Below the pieces are notes generated by a model. That model worked only from the letters and a program-made list of their open reading frames with translations. It was not told where the DNA came from and did no database searches. A program made the position numbers and the translations under genes. From Eledone cirrhosa (lineage: Eukaryota), in contig OZ024740.1 in the NCBI GenBank assembly GCA_964016885.1, positions 405,418,001 to 405,482,000 on the forward strand: 64,000 bases of DNA. The letters run 5' to 3'. Positions 39,963 through 53,695 of this stretch are shown here, piece after piece (the first letter of the stretch is position 1; every line of letters begins with the position of its first letter).

Positions 39963-41136
39963 TTATTTAATGATTCCCTGTATTTTGGGATTTTAATCCG
40001 TTCGGCTACGAAAACAGTGACCCTCACATTTACCGCTGCATCCAGGGTGTGGGCGGGAGCAAAAGAGTCACTGACTGACATCTCAGATGGGACATCTACC
40101 TAAAAAGTATTAAAGAAGAATGACAAGTGAGATGGTTTTTTTCTTTCTCTTTTGAAAACTCAGACAATTTGATTGCACTTTCTTAATTCTACAAAAATTG
40201 TATTCATTCTAACCCAATTTAGAGATAAAAAAAATATATTTCTGCATTCGTGTAGATACATTATCTAAAACTATTCTATTTACTATTCGTGTAGGTAATA
40301 AATAAATTCATCTGGCTTTATTCGTTGTATTTATAGTGGAAAAGCATACTTTTGATATCAAGCTGTCCCTGATTCTATAATACAAAACTTTATTTTAAAA
40401 TCTTCCATCTTAATTTTATGTAAGAGCCTTTGTTATGTTCCAAACAACAAATACATTAGGAAAAAACTAGTTGTATTACTAAATCACTCTAAATCTTTGA
40501 TTATTTTGAACATTATTTGAAAAGTATTAGGAATGTATTTCATTGGAAATATGGTAAAGAAAGGGTTAAATGGCGAAGCGATTACAATACACCAATTCAA
40601 ATATTCATTCTATGACACGACAACGTTAATTGATAACTCATTGAAATCTTTCAACGTTGTAAATTAGTTACATTGCTTCTTAACTTATGTTAATAATTCC
40701 TTGTGATGACTGATGGATTTTGTTAGAGGGACTGATGCAGAAAACGTTTTTCGAAATATTGTCCAAGTCAGTGACTTCCAAAGTGTGGATGTATTAGGTC
40801 CCAGGTTCGATTCCACTGCGTGGTTTCATCATTGTTTTTACAGAATTAACTATATTGTTAACACTGGCGATTATTAGAATTTTCTTTCTTAGTATCTTCA
40901 ATACTATTAAAATGAATCAGGTTCAGGGCTAAATAAGCAAAATAAGCACACATTTAGGACATCAAACGAAGAGGGGCAGCATTTTATTGAAATTATATGT
41001 ATTTGGAAAAAAATGAAACGAAATTTCATTTCCCACTCTTAGTACGGCTGTTACTTAAATATAAGTATGTACACGTACATACATATATGTATACAGACGT
41101 ACAGTAGTATGTATATATATATACATACATGCACAC

Positions 41137-41467
41137 ATATATATATGTACGTATGGATTCACCGAACATTTATTATAATGCTCGGTGTGTTTGTATACAA
41201 ACATCCCGTATTAAGCCGTAGTGTCCAGCAACCATCGTTGCTCGTTTGTTCAACACTGACAAAGGAACGCTGTACTAGTTTCAAGCTTATTAGCTATCGT
41301 CAGCAACGTATACTTTCCTGCCAGATTGTTGAACATATATACTTACCTTATGCATGTTAACGGCTGAGTAGCCCAATTTGCATATCGAGTGGGTTAATCG
41401 GCCGGGTTTACAAACACACCGAGCATTATAATAAATGTTCGGTGAATCCATACGTACATATATATAT
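41137..41467 (-). mobile_element. Small hammerhead-containing element bounded by 59-bp perfect inverted repeats in a TA-rich microsatellite
   Basis: 41137-41195 is the reverse complement of 41409-41467. Confidence 0.8.
41267..41309 (-). ncRNA. Minimal type I hammerhead ribozyme (variant)
   Basis: acguug-CUGACGA-uagcu aaua agcuu-GAAA-cua-GUA-cagcgu; stem I pairs with one GU, and the base of stem II is a U-U mismatch. Confidence 0.7.
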
Positions 41468-43300
41468 TCGTTGACCTGTGTACTCCTTAACGCAACTTAC
41501 AATGACTCAGCATGAATCACAGATACATCCAACGAGCTTCCAAACAGTTTCTTTCAACCCACATTTTGTTTCTCAAGCAATGACTCTATTAAAGGTTACG
41601 ATTAAAAACACAGATGCCTCTCAGTGAGATCAAACTCGGAACCGGAAGATTATGAAATTAATCATTCGGCCATGCTGCACCCATGGAAAATTACGTAAAA
41701 CGAAAGAAAAATATTTCATCACACTTCGAAATCATCGTTTTATGAAAACAATTCTTCTTTATAACCACTTAAAATTTTTTTTTAAATATTTTATAACGTC
41801 AAAAAACTATTTTACTACATCGTGTCAAAAAAAGTTGCTTCAATGGGACATCACGGGAAAAATTTGCTTCATTGCGAAATCACCTCGTAATGACATTGCT
41901 CAAGACAAAGATGTGGCTATAATAAATTGTAGTGGGCCAGTGCATTACTGGTTCTGCTAAGATGAAAAGAAAATGTTAACTATGTAAGATTTGAACTTAA
42001 TAAAACAAAAAAGGAGCGAAGTCATTTTTTTTTTACATCTCACCGCCGCCTTCTAAAGCACTCCATGTTGAAATCGTCTGATTCGACAGGCAAAAAAAAA
42101 TTAATGGACCTCAGTCGGTTTCGATGCTGAGTTTTCCTATTGTTCGATCTACCCGTGAAAGTGGCTAAATATCTCATAGACACATGTACCTGTAATTATT
42201 TTCAAATAGATTTAGTGTATGACAAGGGTTTGAAGAACAGTTTCTGTCTGCCCAATTTTAGTCACAGAGTTTGGGTTGACTCGAAGTCATGATAAGGGAT
42301 AAGATACCTTACAATTAGAGCAAACCCAGAAGCTCGTGATTGTGAAACGAACTCCTTAAACCTTTTAGCTACTGTGTTGTCGTGCCGAATTAACCTAGTA
42401 GCAAGAGTAACATAGACACTGCACTTTTATGAACCCCGTGCTAAATGCTTCATACTATAGTACTCTATGCTACAAATTCCGCATAAACCTAAACTGACAT
42501 TGCTGTCTTGTCTCGCCACCGCCTATCTCATGATTTGTTTTATTTGCTATATTTCGTGTTAGTAATAATTGTTTCTACTTTTGGCACGAGGCCAGCAAAT
42601 AACCAGTGTGTTACTGGTACTTTATTTTATCGACCCCATAAGGATGAAAGGCAAAGTTAACCTCGGCGGGATTTGAACTCAAAATGACAAGGGCCGAATG
42701 CGGCGAATTGGCAGAGTTGTGAGAACATCGGATAGAATGCTTTGCAGTATTCGTACTGGCTCTCTGTTCTCTGAGTTCAAATACCACCAATATCAACTTT
42801 GCCTTTTATCCATTCGAGGTCGATAAAAATATACAAGTCTAGTACTGGGGTCAATCCTTCCTCCATATCTCTTTCTCACTTACATTCTCCCACTCTCTAT
42901 CTTTCTCTAGAAGAAATAGGTTGTGCTCAGACCTGGAGAAGAGATGGGCTCCGCCAGGTTTTAAAATGTTCCAAGATATGCTGTATGTAAATATGGCGCC
43001 CCTACGACTCCACCAGGAGTTACGGGTTCATACATACAATGATGTTGAAAGAAAAACTCGAAGCTATCTCAAGGTATTTTCAAAATTCGTCTTGACAAAC
43101 ACCTCTTCGAAGTTGATAAGGATGAAGGTACATGGTCAATCTCACTTTGGTGTAATAGTAGCGCAGCTGTCCGGTATATGGCAGGTCAGGTGTGAGTTCT
43201 CACATGCGATACTGTCCATTTTTTCCACTTCTAAGGAGCTTATATGTCCAACTTATTGGACTATTTTTCATAGTAAAAAAAAAACTACGTTGAAGCAGCT

Positions 43301-43527
43301 TACATCAAGCTAACACATACACGTGTGCGTGTAATTAAATACTTTTCATTGAAAAATTATTTTTAGATCGCGATAAAGCCCTGATGTTGACCGTATTTCC
43401 TCCCTATATATATACATCAAGCTAACACATACACGTGTGTGTGTAATTAAATACTTTTCATTGAAAAATTATTTTTAGATCGCGATAAAGCCCTGATGTT
43501 GACCGTATTTCCTCCCTATATATATAC
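43301..43527. repeat. ~113-bp direct tandem duplication
   Basis: tacatcaagctaacacatacacgtgtg...ccctatatatatac twice. Confidence 0.9.
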
Positions 43528-44282
43528 CTAATACTCTATACTGTAACCAAAGGGTGCAGATATACCCTGGATGGCATGTTTGGTCAATTCAGATGTGTAT
43601 TGAGTTGTGCTTTTCGGTGGGGGTAGCAAATTCAAGGATACCCTGATCGCTCGGGCGACACAGACTCTAGCTTTACGACAGCTAGTACTTAATTAACTTT
43701 GTTGAAAAGAAATACTCACGTTCACACTATCAGTTTTAACCCCGCAAATTATTTGAAACCAAACCTAAATATATATTCTAACATGGAATTCATTTAGCTG
43801 TAAGGTGAATATTGTAATTATTGTTACGTCTATAATTTCATACCTAAATCACTAGATAATTAATGCAGGATAAAGATAGTTTATGAGGTGAATTGGCAGG
43901 GTCGTTAGAACTTTGGATAGAATGTTTTACAGTATTTGTTCCAGCTCTCTACGTTCTGAGTTCAAATCCTGTCGAGGTCAACTATGTCTTTCGTCCTTTC
44001 GAGGGCGATAAAAATGCACCAGTCTAGTACTTGGGTAGATACTTCCTCTATATCTCTTTCTTTCATTCTATGGAAGTAATCGGCTGTGTTCAGACCTGGA
44101 GAGGGGATGGGCTCCATCAGGTTTAAAATGGCCAAGACATTGCGGCTCCATATATAGTATACATATTGTCAATATATATAAATAACATCTGAATGACTCA
44201 GATGAGTGGACTGGACAATCACACAGAGGCTATTTCAACAGAGTTGTTTCTCCTCATATTGACAATCTGTATACTATGTATG

Positions 44283-45597
44283 TATAGCGAAGATACTGGG
44301 TTGTATGAATGTAACAAGGAGACATGGTTTGTGTGTATAATATTTAATTAACAATCTAACAGTATAGTTGACATGTCAATAAAATAGATGAAAGAATGAA
44401 GCAAAGTTAGTAGTTACCGTTTTGATTGCCAGGCAAACGCGAGACGCCTGGCGAAGGCCAGGCGCCGGAAGGGCAATGAGAAGGAGAGAGCCGAGAGCTA
44501 TTCGTTTTATAGGGCTCTGCCGAAAGTTACAGAAAGGGTTCTACTTCCCGTCTAGATGTTAATCTATTGGGGTTGTGAGTCACAACAAGGGAGACAACTG
44601 CCACATAACCTCCCGCCAGAATTTTAGAATAAAATCGAATGAAATATGTAGCAAGTTGGCGAGATTGTTGTAACAGGCATGAAAATTACGACAAAAGAAT
44701 GTTTGCAAAAATCAATGATAGATATCAAGGTAGCCAACCGCTCTTGACCAGAGAACGACTGGACATCTATCTATCCATCACCCAAAGATACAATGTAATA
44801 AAGTAAGAGAAGAGCTCAAAGTTCAAATGTACAAAATATAGTTCACAAGTGTGCAATCACATGACAGCAGGAAAGAAAGTGTGTTCCAGAGAATGAATGC
44901 AGGTGGTTTCTGTTCTGTGGTATATCGTGAAATTTCCAACCTCCGAATGGATTTTCTCACAGGAAGAGTGCTGCAAAAATATATTCTCTGGCTTGTTCTG
45001 CTGGTTTTGGTTGTTGATGAAGCTGTGTTGCTGTGGATGTTGTCGTCTCGCTGAGTGAGCGTATTCGGTGTTTAAATTCACAGTAAAAAAAATATTTTTT
45101 TTCAGAAAAAATGAGTTGCGCAAGTGCTAGAAATAACAGCCGAAATTGATGGTCGATGTTGAGAATGCGTTGACCTGGAAGGGTCAAGAGGCCAGCGACC
45201 AAAGAAATAAGCATTCTGAATAAATGCGCAGTTTTCAACGGCAAATTTACGTGGTAAATTTTTAAACCGGCAAATAGGAGAATATAGCTTAAGGCTGAAG
45301 AATCCTTGGCGAGAAACGTTATCTCTGGCGTGCGGCTATCACTGTGAGTCGAGAATTTGTGCTGCCTACACGTGCCAATACAAGGTTAAGTTAGGTTGAA
45401 AAAATAATATTTCTAACGCGCGAGAAAATGATAGTGTAAGTGTGAAAGTGACAATGATGGGCTTCACTTAGCATAATTATTGGTGTGAACTTTGCAAAAA
45501 AAAACTTGAACGATGAAGAAAACGATGAAAAAAAAAAAGGCAATGGTTCATCTAAAATAAATGTTCCTGTTGAAATGTTTTTTAAAGAATATCAAAT

Positions 45598-45631
<34 letters not shown>

Positions 45632-46231
45632 TGTTCGTTGTAAGAAACGAGAAACATATATATATATCGTGAAATGCGACAGTTAGTTGATGCGTGAGAG
45701 AAAAAGTCTGTCTGTGCGAAAATTTCACATGTGCGTGGTGTGTTCGTTTCTTTTACTGAGTATTTTCATAGTTTGTCAATAAATTTGCTGTGTATTCGTA
45801 ATGCTACTCACACAACACCAGATTCCGCTATTTATTCCTTTTTTCGGGGTGACCACTTATAACAATGAACGGCTGCGTGTTGGTATCACGTCAGGGTTAC
45901 CAATATAGCGAAGATACTGGGTTGTATGAATGTAACAAGGAGACATGGTTTGTGTGTATAATATTTAATTAACAATCTAACAGTATAGTTGACATGTCAA
46001 TGAAATAGATGAAAGAATGAAGCAAAGTTAGTAGTTACCGTTTTGATTGCCAGGCAAACGCGAGACGCCTGGCGAAGGCCAGGCGCCGGAAGGGCAAATG
46101 AGAGGGAGAGAGCAGAAGGCTATTCGATTTATAGGGCTCTGACTGGAAGTTACAGAAAGGGTTCTACTTCCCGTCTAGATGTTGTTAATCTATTGGGGTT
46201 GTGAGTCACAACAAGGGAGACAACTGCCACA
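44283..46231 (-). mobile_element. Non-autonomous LTR retroelement (LTRs 44283-44605 and 45904-46231)
   Basis: TSD TATG; PBS TGGTAACCCTGACGTGAT (45902-45885, tRNA-Trp-like); PPT ggcgggagg; no recognisable pol. Confidence 0.9.
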
Positions 46232-46557
46232 TATGTGATGATAACGATCCCATAACTCCTTGTGGAGTCGTTGGGGCACCGTCATCCGGCGTGTCTAGGA
46301 TACTTCTAAACCTGGCAGAGCCCAACCCTCACCAAGGTCTGAACACAGCCGATATTTTCTGTAGAGGAAGAATCGACCCCAGTACTGGACTGGTGCATTT
46401 TTATCGACCTCGAAAAGATGAAAGATATAGTTGACCTCGACAGGATTTGAACTCAGAACGTAGAGAGCTGGAACAAATACTGTAAAACATTCTATCCAAA
46501 GTTCTAACGACCCTGCCAATTCACCTCATAAACTATCTTTATCCTGCATTAATTATC

Positions 46558-46740
46558 GGTGGATTGGCAGTATCGGTAGAGGGTCGGACGCCATGCTTTC
46601 CAGCATAGTTACGTCCCTTTACGATCTGAGTTCAAATCCTGCCGAGGTTGACTTTGCCTTTCATCCTTACGGGGTCGATAAAATAAAGTACCAGTAATGC
46701 ACTGGGTAATTGCTGGCCTTGTGCCTAAAGTAGAAACAAT
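46558..46740 (+). mobile_element. Young SINE inserted in the right arm of the inverted duplication
   Basis: TSD attaattatc; the empty site is visible in the left arm near 43855. Confidence 0.9.
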
Positions 46741-47844
46741 TAATTATCTAGTGATTTAGGTATGAAATTATCGACGTAATAATAATTACATTCACCTTAC
46801 AGCTAAATGAATTCCATGTTAGAATATATATTTAGCTTTGGTTTCAAATAATTTGTGGGGTTAAAATTGATAGTTAATTAAGTACTAGCTGTCGTAAAGC
46901 TAGAGTCTGTGTTGCCCGAGGGGTCGGAGTGTCCTTGAATTTGTCATGTTCCCATCCCCAATAATTATATTTTTCTCCCCAAACTACCAAAACACATCTA
47001 TTTTTATGTTATAATTTATGTACGTTATGTTTATGGCATGTCCAAGTTTTTTTTATATCTTAATTGACATTTGATAATAAAACTGTAATATATTATGTTA
47101 ACCTGCATAGTAAATTTTTTTTGTCATGTCATAACTTTTTCTCCACATCAATTGCCAATTGCTAGTATGTGTATTTCATTGCTGATTTCATTGGTCATTT
47201 TGCTATAATCACTTTATAATTATTGAAAGATGCAAATGTAATATGACCTGCTTGAACTCAAATTGCATTTTCTGACCATTTTAGAGTTCAAAGAGCTAAA
47301 TTAATTGACCAAATTTACTTTCCCCCACTCCCAATTCAGAAATGCTTCCACCGCTCCTGAGTACACATCCGAATTGGCCAAATGTGCCACCCAGGATATA
47401 TAATCACCCTCTGAATATTGAGGGAAGGCAAAATGTGTTGATACAGTCAACAACATCATTATCTAAAACTAGTTTTTCAATGTAGGTTTATTATTTTTTT
47501 AGTATGAAAAATAATTGAAGTTTGGCATATAAGCCTGGAAATGGAATAAGTGGACAGAATCGAACTTACACCTGCCGTATGCCGACAACTGTGCTACTAT
47601 TACACAAAAGTGAGACTGCCCACTTACCCCACATGTTTTTAGTATTTATCTATTAAATAGTGGATGTAAACCCAGAATCAATTGTATTTCAAAAAGCATT
47701 GAGGAAATTTTAATTTTGAAACGATGTTAGCTTAATGTAAACTGCTTCCGCACACGGGTTTTTTTTCTGGACATTGAAAAATAGTCAAACAAGTTGGGCA
47801 TATAATAATCCTAGAAGTGGGAAAAGTGGACGATATATATATAT

Positions 47845-49755
47845 AACGTGCCCTAAAACTCAGTACCCAGGACCTTAGACACCCTAAAGTAAATCAACCG
47901 AAACTAAAAGCTCTTCCATACATCTCCACACAACCCCCTCAACAATGACGCCTTTGACACCATCCTCCAGAACATCCCTGTGTTAAAAAAGGACCATAGA
48001 ATGAACCAAATCCTACGAACACACGATATCATAAAGAGCAAAAGACAATCTAAGTCAATGAAAAACATCCTAACACATGCCAAAGTACTGCCAACCACAA
48101 CAACGAAACCCACAGTAAAAAAATGCGATAGACCCAACTGTGGCATATGCATCAACCTAATAGAGGGTTCGGAATTCTATTTCAAAGAAGGACAACGTTT
48201 TATAGTAAAACACAATTTCACATGCGCATCAGAAAATCTAATATATGTATTAACTTGCTCAGGTTGTCGAGAACAATACATAGGCCAGACCAAAAACAGC
48301 CTCAGCCAACGCATGACTGTCCATAGATCCCAAATTAAAATACGGGAATACAGGAAAATACCACTGAGTGAACACATTGATACCTGTGCCGCCCAAAGTC
48401 ATCCCAACTTCAGAATCTTTCCCCTCTACAAATTTAAAGATAATGCCACCCACACCCAGCGCATCAGCAAGGAATCTCACTTTATTAACAAATACGGACC
48501 CCGTCTAAACACTTCTCCCTAAGACGAACCCACAACATACACACGTCAACATACATACCTACATCAGCATACATCCTACATACATCTCTATCCACATATA
48601 AACACAATGACATACGTAAACACACATGTTCTATGGTGCAACACAAATATACACAAATTTGCATACCTTTTGATGTCTATAGATATAAACGTGCCGACAC
48701 ACACACATACATATACGCACACATGCATTGCACACTGATGGGCACATACATATTTGTACACAAGTATTCCAATACGGCAAGGCCTAATGGATTCTCCTTG
48801 CAGTACGTGCAATCTGGACACTCTCACACACACCTTGGTGTTATGCCAATACTATATATCACTTCACACCTTTTATTATTAAGGTTTTTGATGTTCTATT
48901 GAGAGAATCGTTTTTACTGAAAATATCGAATAATGTACATCATTTTTACCAGTATCACAAAAATACTGGTCCACCCACACACACATACACACACACACAC
49001 ACACATATATACACACACACATACACACGTGTACACTAACATACAAAGAGACATATACACACTTCTCCGTATAAGACAAGAGCTGAAAAATATCTTTTAA
49101 CATGTTAAAATAGCCCCCACACACGTACAGACACATTCCTACTGACCGATCCCTCTACCACGAATTACTCTGCTACGCACACACACACACACTTGTCTTA
49201 ATAGGCATCTGAACTGTTGACCTGTCAACAAACTGCAATTCACACACACATCCCTACTGACCATTATCACAACAATGAACCTCTTTACGACTACTACACA
49301 CACACACACATATTTGTCTTGAAAGACTTATTTTTCAGTGACTTCTCAATCAACCGAGACAAACCTACATTTGGCGCAAAATCAATTTTTAACATTCACA
49401 TGACCTCTACCGACCAATCAAAATTGTTTTGACCACAATAATTTTTGCAACACGAATTGGCGCGAAACCTATTTTAATACATCTGGAGCCACTTTTTTCA
49501 CATAAAAAAGGTAGAATTTCCAAAACTAATCAGATTAGAGCAAACATCACGGGCGCTCTATCTCAAAATTATTTTTGAAAAGCATTAGAAATGCGCAACC
49601 GGTAAAAACTTAAAACCAAAACCGAATACTAACTAATACTATTACTAATTTTTACTTATTCCTAATGAAACTATTTTTTACTGGGAACAATTTGTCAGCA
49701 TTTTCTTTTCTTTTTACCAATATATCATAACTCGTGTGTTACACCTCTATTCTTT

Positions 49756-49757
<2 letters not shown>
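47845..49757 (+). mobile_element. Penelope-like element 3' part with GIY-YIG endonuclease
   Basis: CDRPNCGIC...NLIYVLTCSGCREQYIGQT...R...H in ORF 47980..48522; bounded by (TA)n. Confidence 0.88.

Positions 49758-49822
<65 letters not shown>
49758..49822. repeat. (TA)n microsatellite
   Basis: Pure TA run. Confidence 0.98.
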
Positions 49823-49828
<6 letters not shown>

Positions 49829-51800
49829 CGTAGTTTAGAAAGCCACAACAATGCAGAGGGAAATCTCGAGGTAGGAAGTGAATGATAGATAGGAGAAATA
49901 GGATAAAGTGAAAATTGAGAGAGACAAAGGTGAAAACAAAACAAAGGTAGAAGGGTTACCGTAGTGGAGATTTAATCCCAATATTTCGGGCTCACGCCCA
50001 TCAACGGGGGAAAGTTCCAAAAGGGGGGGAACAGGCTAAGCGGAGAAAGTTGTGATGTCGTTAAAACAGGAATGCCGTTATGGGGAGAAAAATTATTTAA
50101 AATTTAAATGAGGGGAAAGAATGCGCGTGCGCGTGATAGGCTGTGGCAAAAGCTACTGACCAAATGGGTTAAATCAAGAGGGTGCGCTAGCGTGTGAAAG
50201 CCGTAAAATATGTGTGTGTAAATATATATGTGTGTGTATATGTGTAAGTGTGTATATGTGTGAGTGTGTGTGTGTGTGAAAGATAGTGGGCTGTAGAAGC
50301 TGGAAATCAAAGGGTGTGAAAGGTGGTAGGTTGTAAAACATGTGTGCGTGTATAAATATAGATGTGTGTGTGTAAGCGTATGGGTATACATGTGTGAGTG
50401 CGTGTGTGTGTGAAAGATAGTGGGCTGTAGAAGCTGGAAATCAAAGGGTGTGAAAGGTGGTAGGTTGTAAAAACATGTGTGCGTGTATAAATATAGATGT
50501 GTGTGTGTATGCGTATGGGTATGCATATACGTACGTGTGTGTGAAAATAGCAGGCCGTAAGGGCTGTGAAAGGTCACTATGGTTAAGTTAGCCATGTCAG
50601 CTCATTTCTCTCAGCCCGGTTGTTAAGTGGGGGTCTGAGGTTCTTAATAACAAGTGCTTCCTTTATCCTTAAGGATCCGATGCTGCGTTCAGTCGCTAGG
50701 ACTGTGACCAAGGGTCTACCCTGTGGGTTTCCGCATTTAAGGATGTGTTTACGGAAGGAAGATGCGTTGGTGTTGATATGTTCCTTGATACGAACATGTA
50801 GGGGTCGGATGGTGCTACCTATGTAAAACTTGTTACATTTATCGCATTGAATCTTATATACGACATAGGTGCGTAGGCAATCTGCCCCCCCGTATCGGGC
50901 AGTTGCTGAGGGAACACGTCCCATCTGACTCGTCGGGTTTGTTGGAGAGGCATCTTCGCAGCGAAGGTCCTGTGTGGGCCAAATGTATGTCAAGTCCCTC
51001 CGTCCGTATGGCCCTGTGGATGGCGTTCGTGGTATATTCACTCAGGTGGGGGATTTTAAAGAAGCACCTGCTTTTATTTAAGTTTCTAGTGGGTGTCTGT
51101 CTATTGGGTCTGGGGTCTCTAATTCCGTTAATCAGTCGCTTGGGATATCCATTAGACTTGAGTAGATTACGGAATTGCGTGGTATGGGTGAGACCACCCA
51201 TCGGGTCGCTGCATCTGTTAGTGATCCATGTCAGTTCATTTAGGACATAGCCTCTCTTAGCGTTGTTGGGGAGGGCTGAGTTGTAATGCACAAATAAGTC
51301 CTTGCAGGCTGCTTTGCGGTAGAAGGTGGTGTTTATGTCTCCTTCTTCCGAGATGTTGATACGGAAGTCGAAGAGGGCGAGTGACCCGTCTTCTCCTGGG
51401 TGTTCGATGGTGAAATCGACGTGATGGTCAGTATCGTTGAAGATTTGGTGAATTTCATTCGCCATCTCCCGGGAAGAAGTAAGTATCAGGATATCATCAA
51501 CGTATCTGGAGTAGAAGGCGACGGCGTTGGGTTGGCAGGTATTGAGTGCCTTGCGTTCCAGGTGGTCCATGTACGAGATCGCAAGTATGCCGGACAGACT
51601 AGAGCCCATAGGTAGCCCAGAGATTTGTTTGTACGTGTGGCCGAGGAAATTGAAGAGTGCATTATCCACAACGAAGGAGGGGAGTTGGTGGATGTCCGTG
51701 TGTGTGAGTCCGAAGCAGTGTAGGTTAGATGCTCGGACTCGTTCGGTCAACAGATCGACGGCTGGGGATGCTGGTACGGAGGTATAAAGGGCGACCACAT
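49823..51800 (-). mobile_element. Penelope-like element: RT C-half + GIY-YIG (frameshifted) + 3' region
   Basis: QISGLPMGSSLS, RYVDDI, FTIEH, FYRK (50854..51798); VVYKIQCDKCNKFYIGST...R..EH (50583..51041). Confidence 0.92.
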
Positions 51801-52769
51801 CAAGATATAAGTTATATCAGTTTCTGTTGACAGGCCAATGCATAAAATTATGTTATCAAGGATTCTTACATAACAGATTTATTGTAAATTAAATTCGCTT
51901 TTAACCATTGTAAGCAAATAAGAGACGAAATGGTACCACTAGTGTTATTCTTGAATTCCGGTTATACACATTATGGCAAATAACATATTCATATTCACGT
52001 GGCCTTGTGATTATTCAAATAATCCAAAATTCATATAATAAATATTTGGATAGAGATTTGGCTGTATTCTTGCACTGCAAAAATGTTTCAGGAAATTAAC
52101 GATTAATCTTCAGCTGACATTGTAAAATTATCAGTATTGACTTTATTAATTCTCAAATATCAAACGAGTGTACCAATTAATTATTCTATTGCTGAAGTGG
52201 ACGCATGCCCAATCAGACAAAATTGCTTAGTTATGAAACAAATGCAATTTTTTATATGTTTATTAAAAGCCTAGGTCACATCTTGTGTATTTAAAGTATA
52301 TAGTGACCAACACAGAGAACATACAAGTAAGACGATATATGAAAGAACGTAGCAACAGAGAATCCAAACTACATTTAGTTAGTACTTTCATTGCCATATT
52401 TCTAATAAAAAAATTACTGCCTATCATTTTGGAGGGATTTAGCTTTCTCATGTTGGCAGCGAATTGCCAGAGTCGTTCAGACGACTGATATGTTTTGCAG
52501 TTTTTGTTCTAGCCCTCTAAGTTGAAATCAGTTGGGAGGTCAGCTTTGCCTCATTTCGAGGTTGATAAAAAAAAGTATCAGTCAAGCACCGGGATTGATT
52601 CTTCCTTTATATCTCTTTCCAATTCCATTCTCTCTCTCTCAAACCTAGGAGGATGAGCTCCGCCAGGTTTAAAGTGCCCAAGTCGTTCACCGACATCGCT
52701 CTTACGACTCGGGAATTAACGGGTCCATACATACATACACATTTCTCATTGTTAAGTTGGTGTTTGCTT

Positions 52770-52982
52770 TAGGGCGGTAGATTGGCAGTGTCGGACAACA
52801 TGCTTTGCGGCATATAGTTACGATTCTTTACGTTCTTAGTTCAAATCCCGCCGATGTTAGTTTTACCTTTCATCCTTGCGGGCTCGATAAAATAAAGTAT
52901 TTGTAACGCACTGGGGTCTATTTAATCGACTTTTTCCTCCCCCAAAATTGTTGGCCTTGTACCTAAATCAGAAACCATTATT
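52770..52982 (+). mobile_element. Nin-like tRNA SINE
   Basis: Matches the local consensus. Confidence 0.8.
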
Positions 52983-53695
52983 AAATTGCTGTTTGGAGTA
53001 TAGCTAGTATAGATTTGGGTTGTTTACTGTAATTAATGTTAGTGGCACAAAGTATACGAAAAGAAGATATTTGGTGGTATACTAGCATTGACTGTGGGTG
53101 GTGCTGCTGCATTCTCTATTGATGGCAGAGAGGATATCCTTAAGTATGATATAAATTGGTGGGCTGCGGGTTTATGTTTAGTAATAATAAGTTCCATAGT
53201 TGATGAAAGAATCCGAAAGCATATTTAAACTTATAATAATGGTTTATTCTCTTTAGAACAAATTAACACATAGTTTCATCGTGAAGTAGGCTGCATAAAG
53301 ATCAGTAAATGAGTTGCATTAGTTCTCTCAGGACAAAACCTGGAACGCAACTGAACTGAATAGATATTTAGGCGCGAATTCGTCTACTGGGCGGAAATTG
53401 TGCTTGGTATCCCTACGCCGCCAACATGAAGGCCTGGCGACTGACTAAGCACGACCCAATTATTCTGCCGCAATAAGGTAGTGCCATTGCTTGCTACAAG
53501 AGCATAACTGAACAAATGTTCTTACATAAAATTATGGTGGAAGGGTTTTAAATAATTAACAGACCACCCGTGACGCGTTGGGGCACGTTCACTTAAAAAT
53601 CATTTTTAAATAATTGAAATATACACAGACATATATAATGTAAAATGAAATTGGAAAGCTCATATATATGTGTGTATGTGTATATATATATATAT

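Larger units (their letters stand above)
43130..47830. repeat. Large inverted duplication (arms ~43130-44140 and ~46250-47830)
   Basis: 43628-44035 is near-identical to the reverse complement of 46372-46943 apart from a SINE insertion; outer blocks are more diverged. Confidence 0.85.

Noticed and set aside
40727-40775. Hammerhead-like ctgatgca...gaaa motif
   Set aside because: Core has an extra, mismatched base and no convincing stem I.
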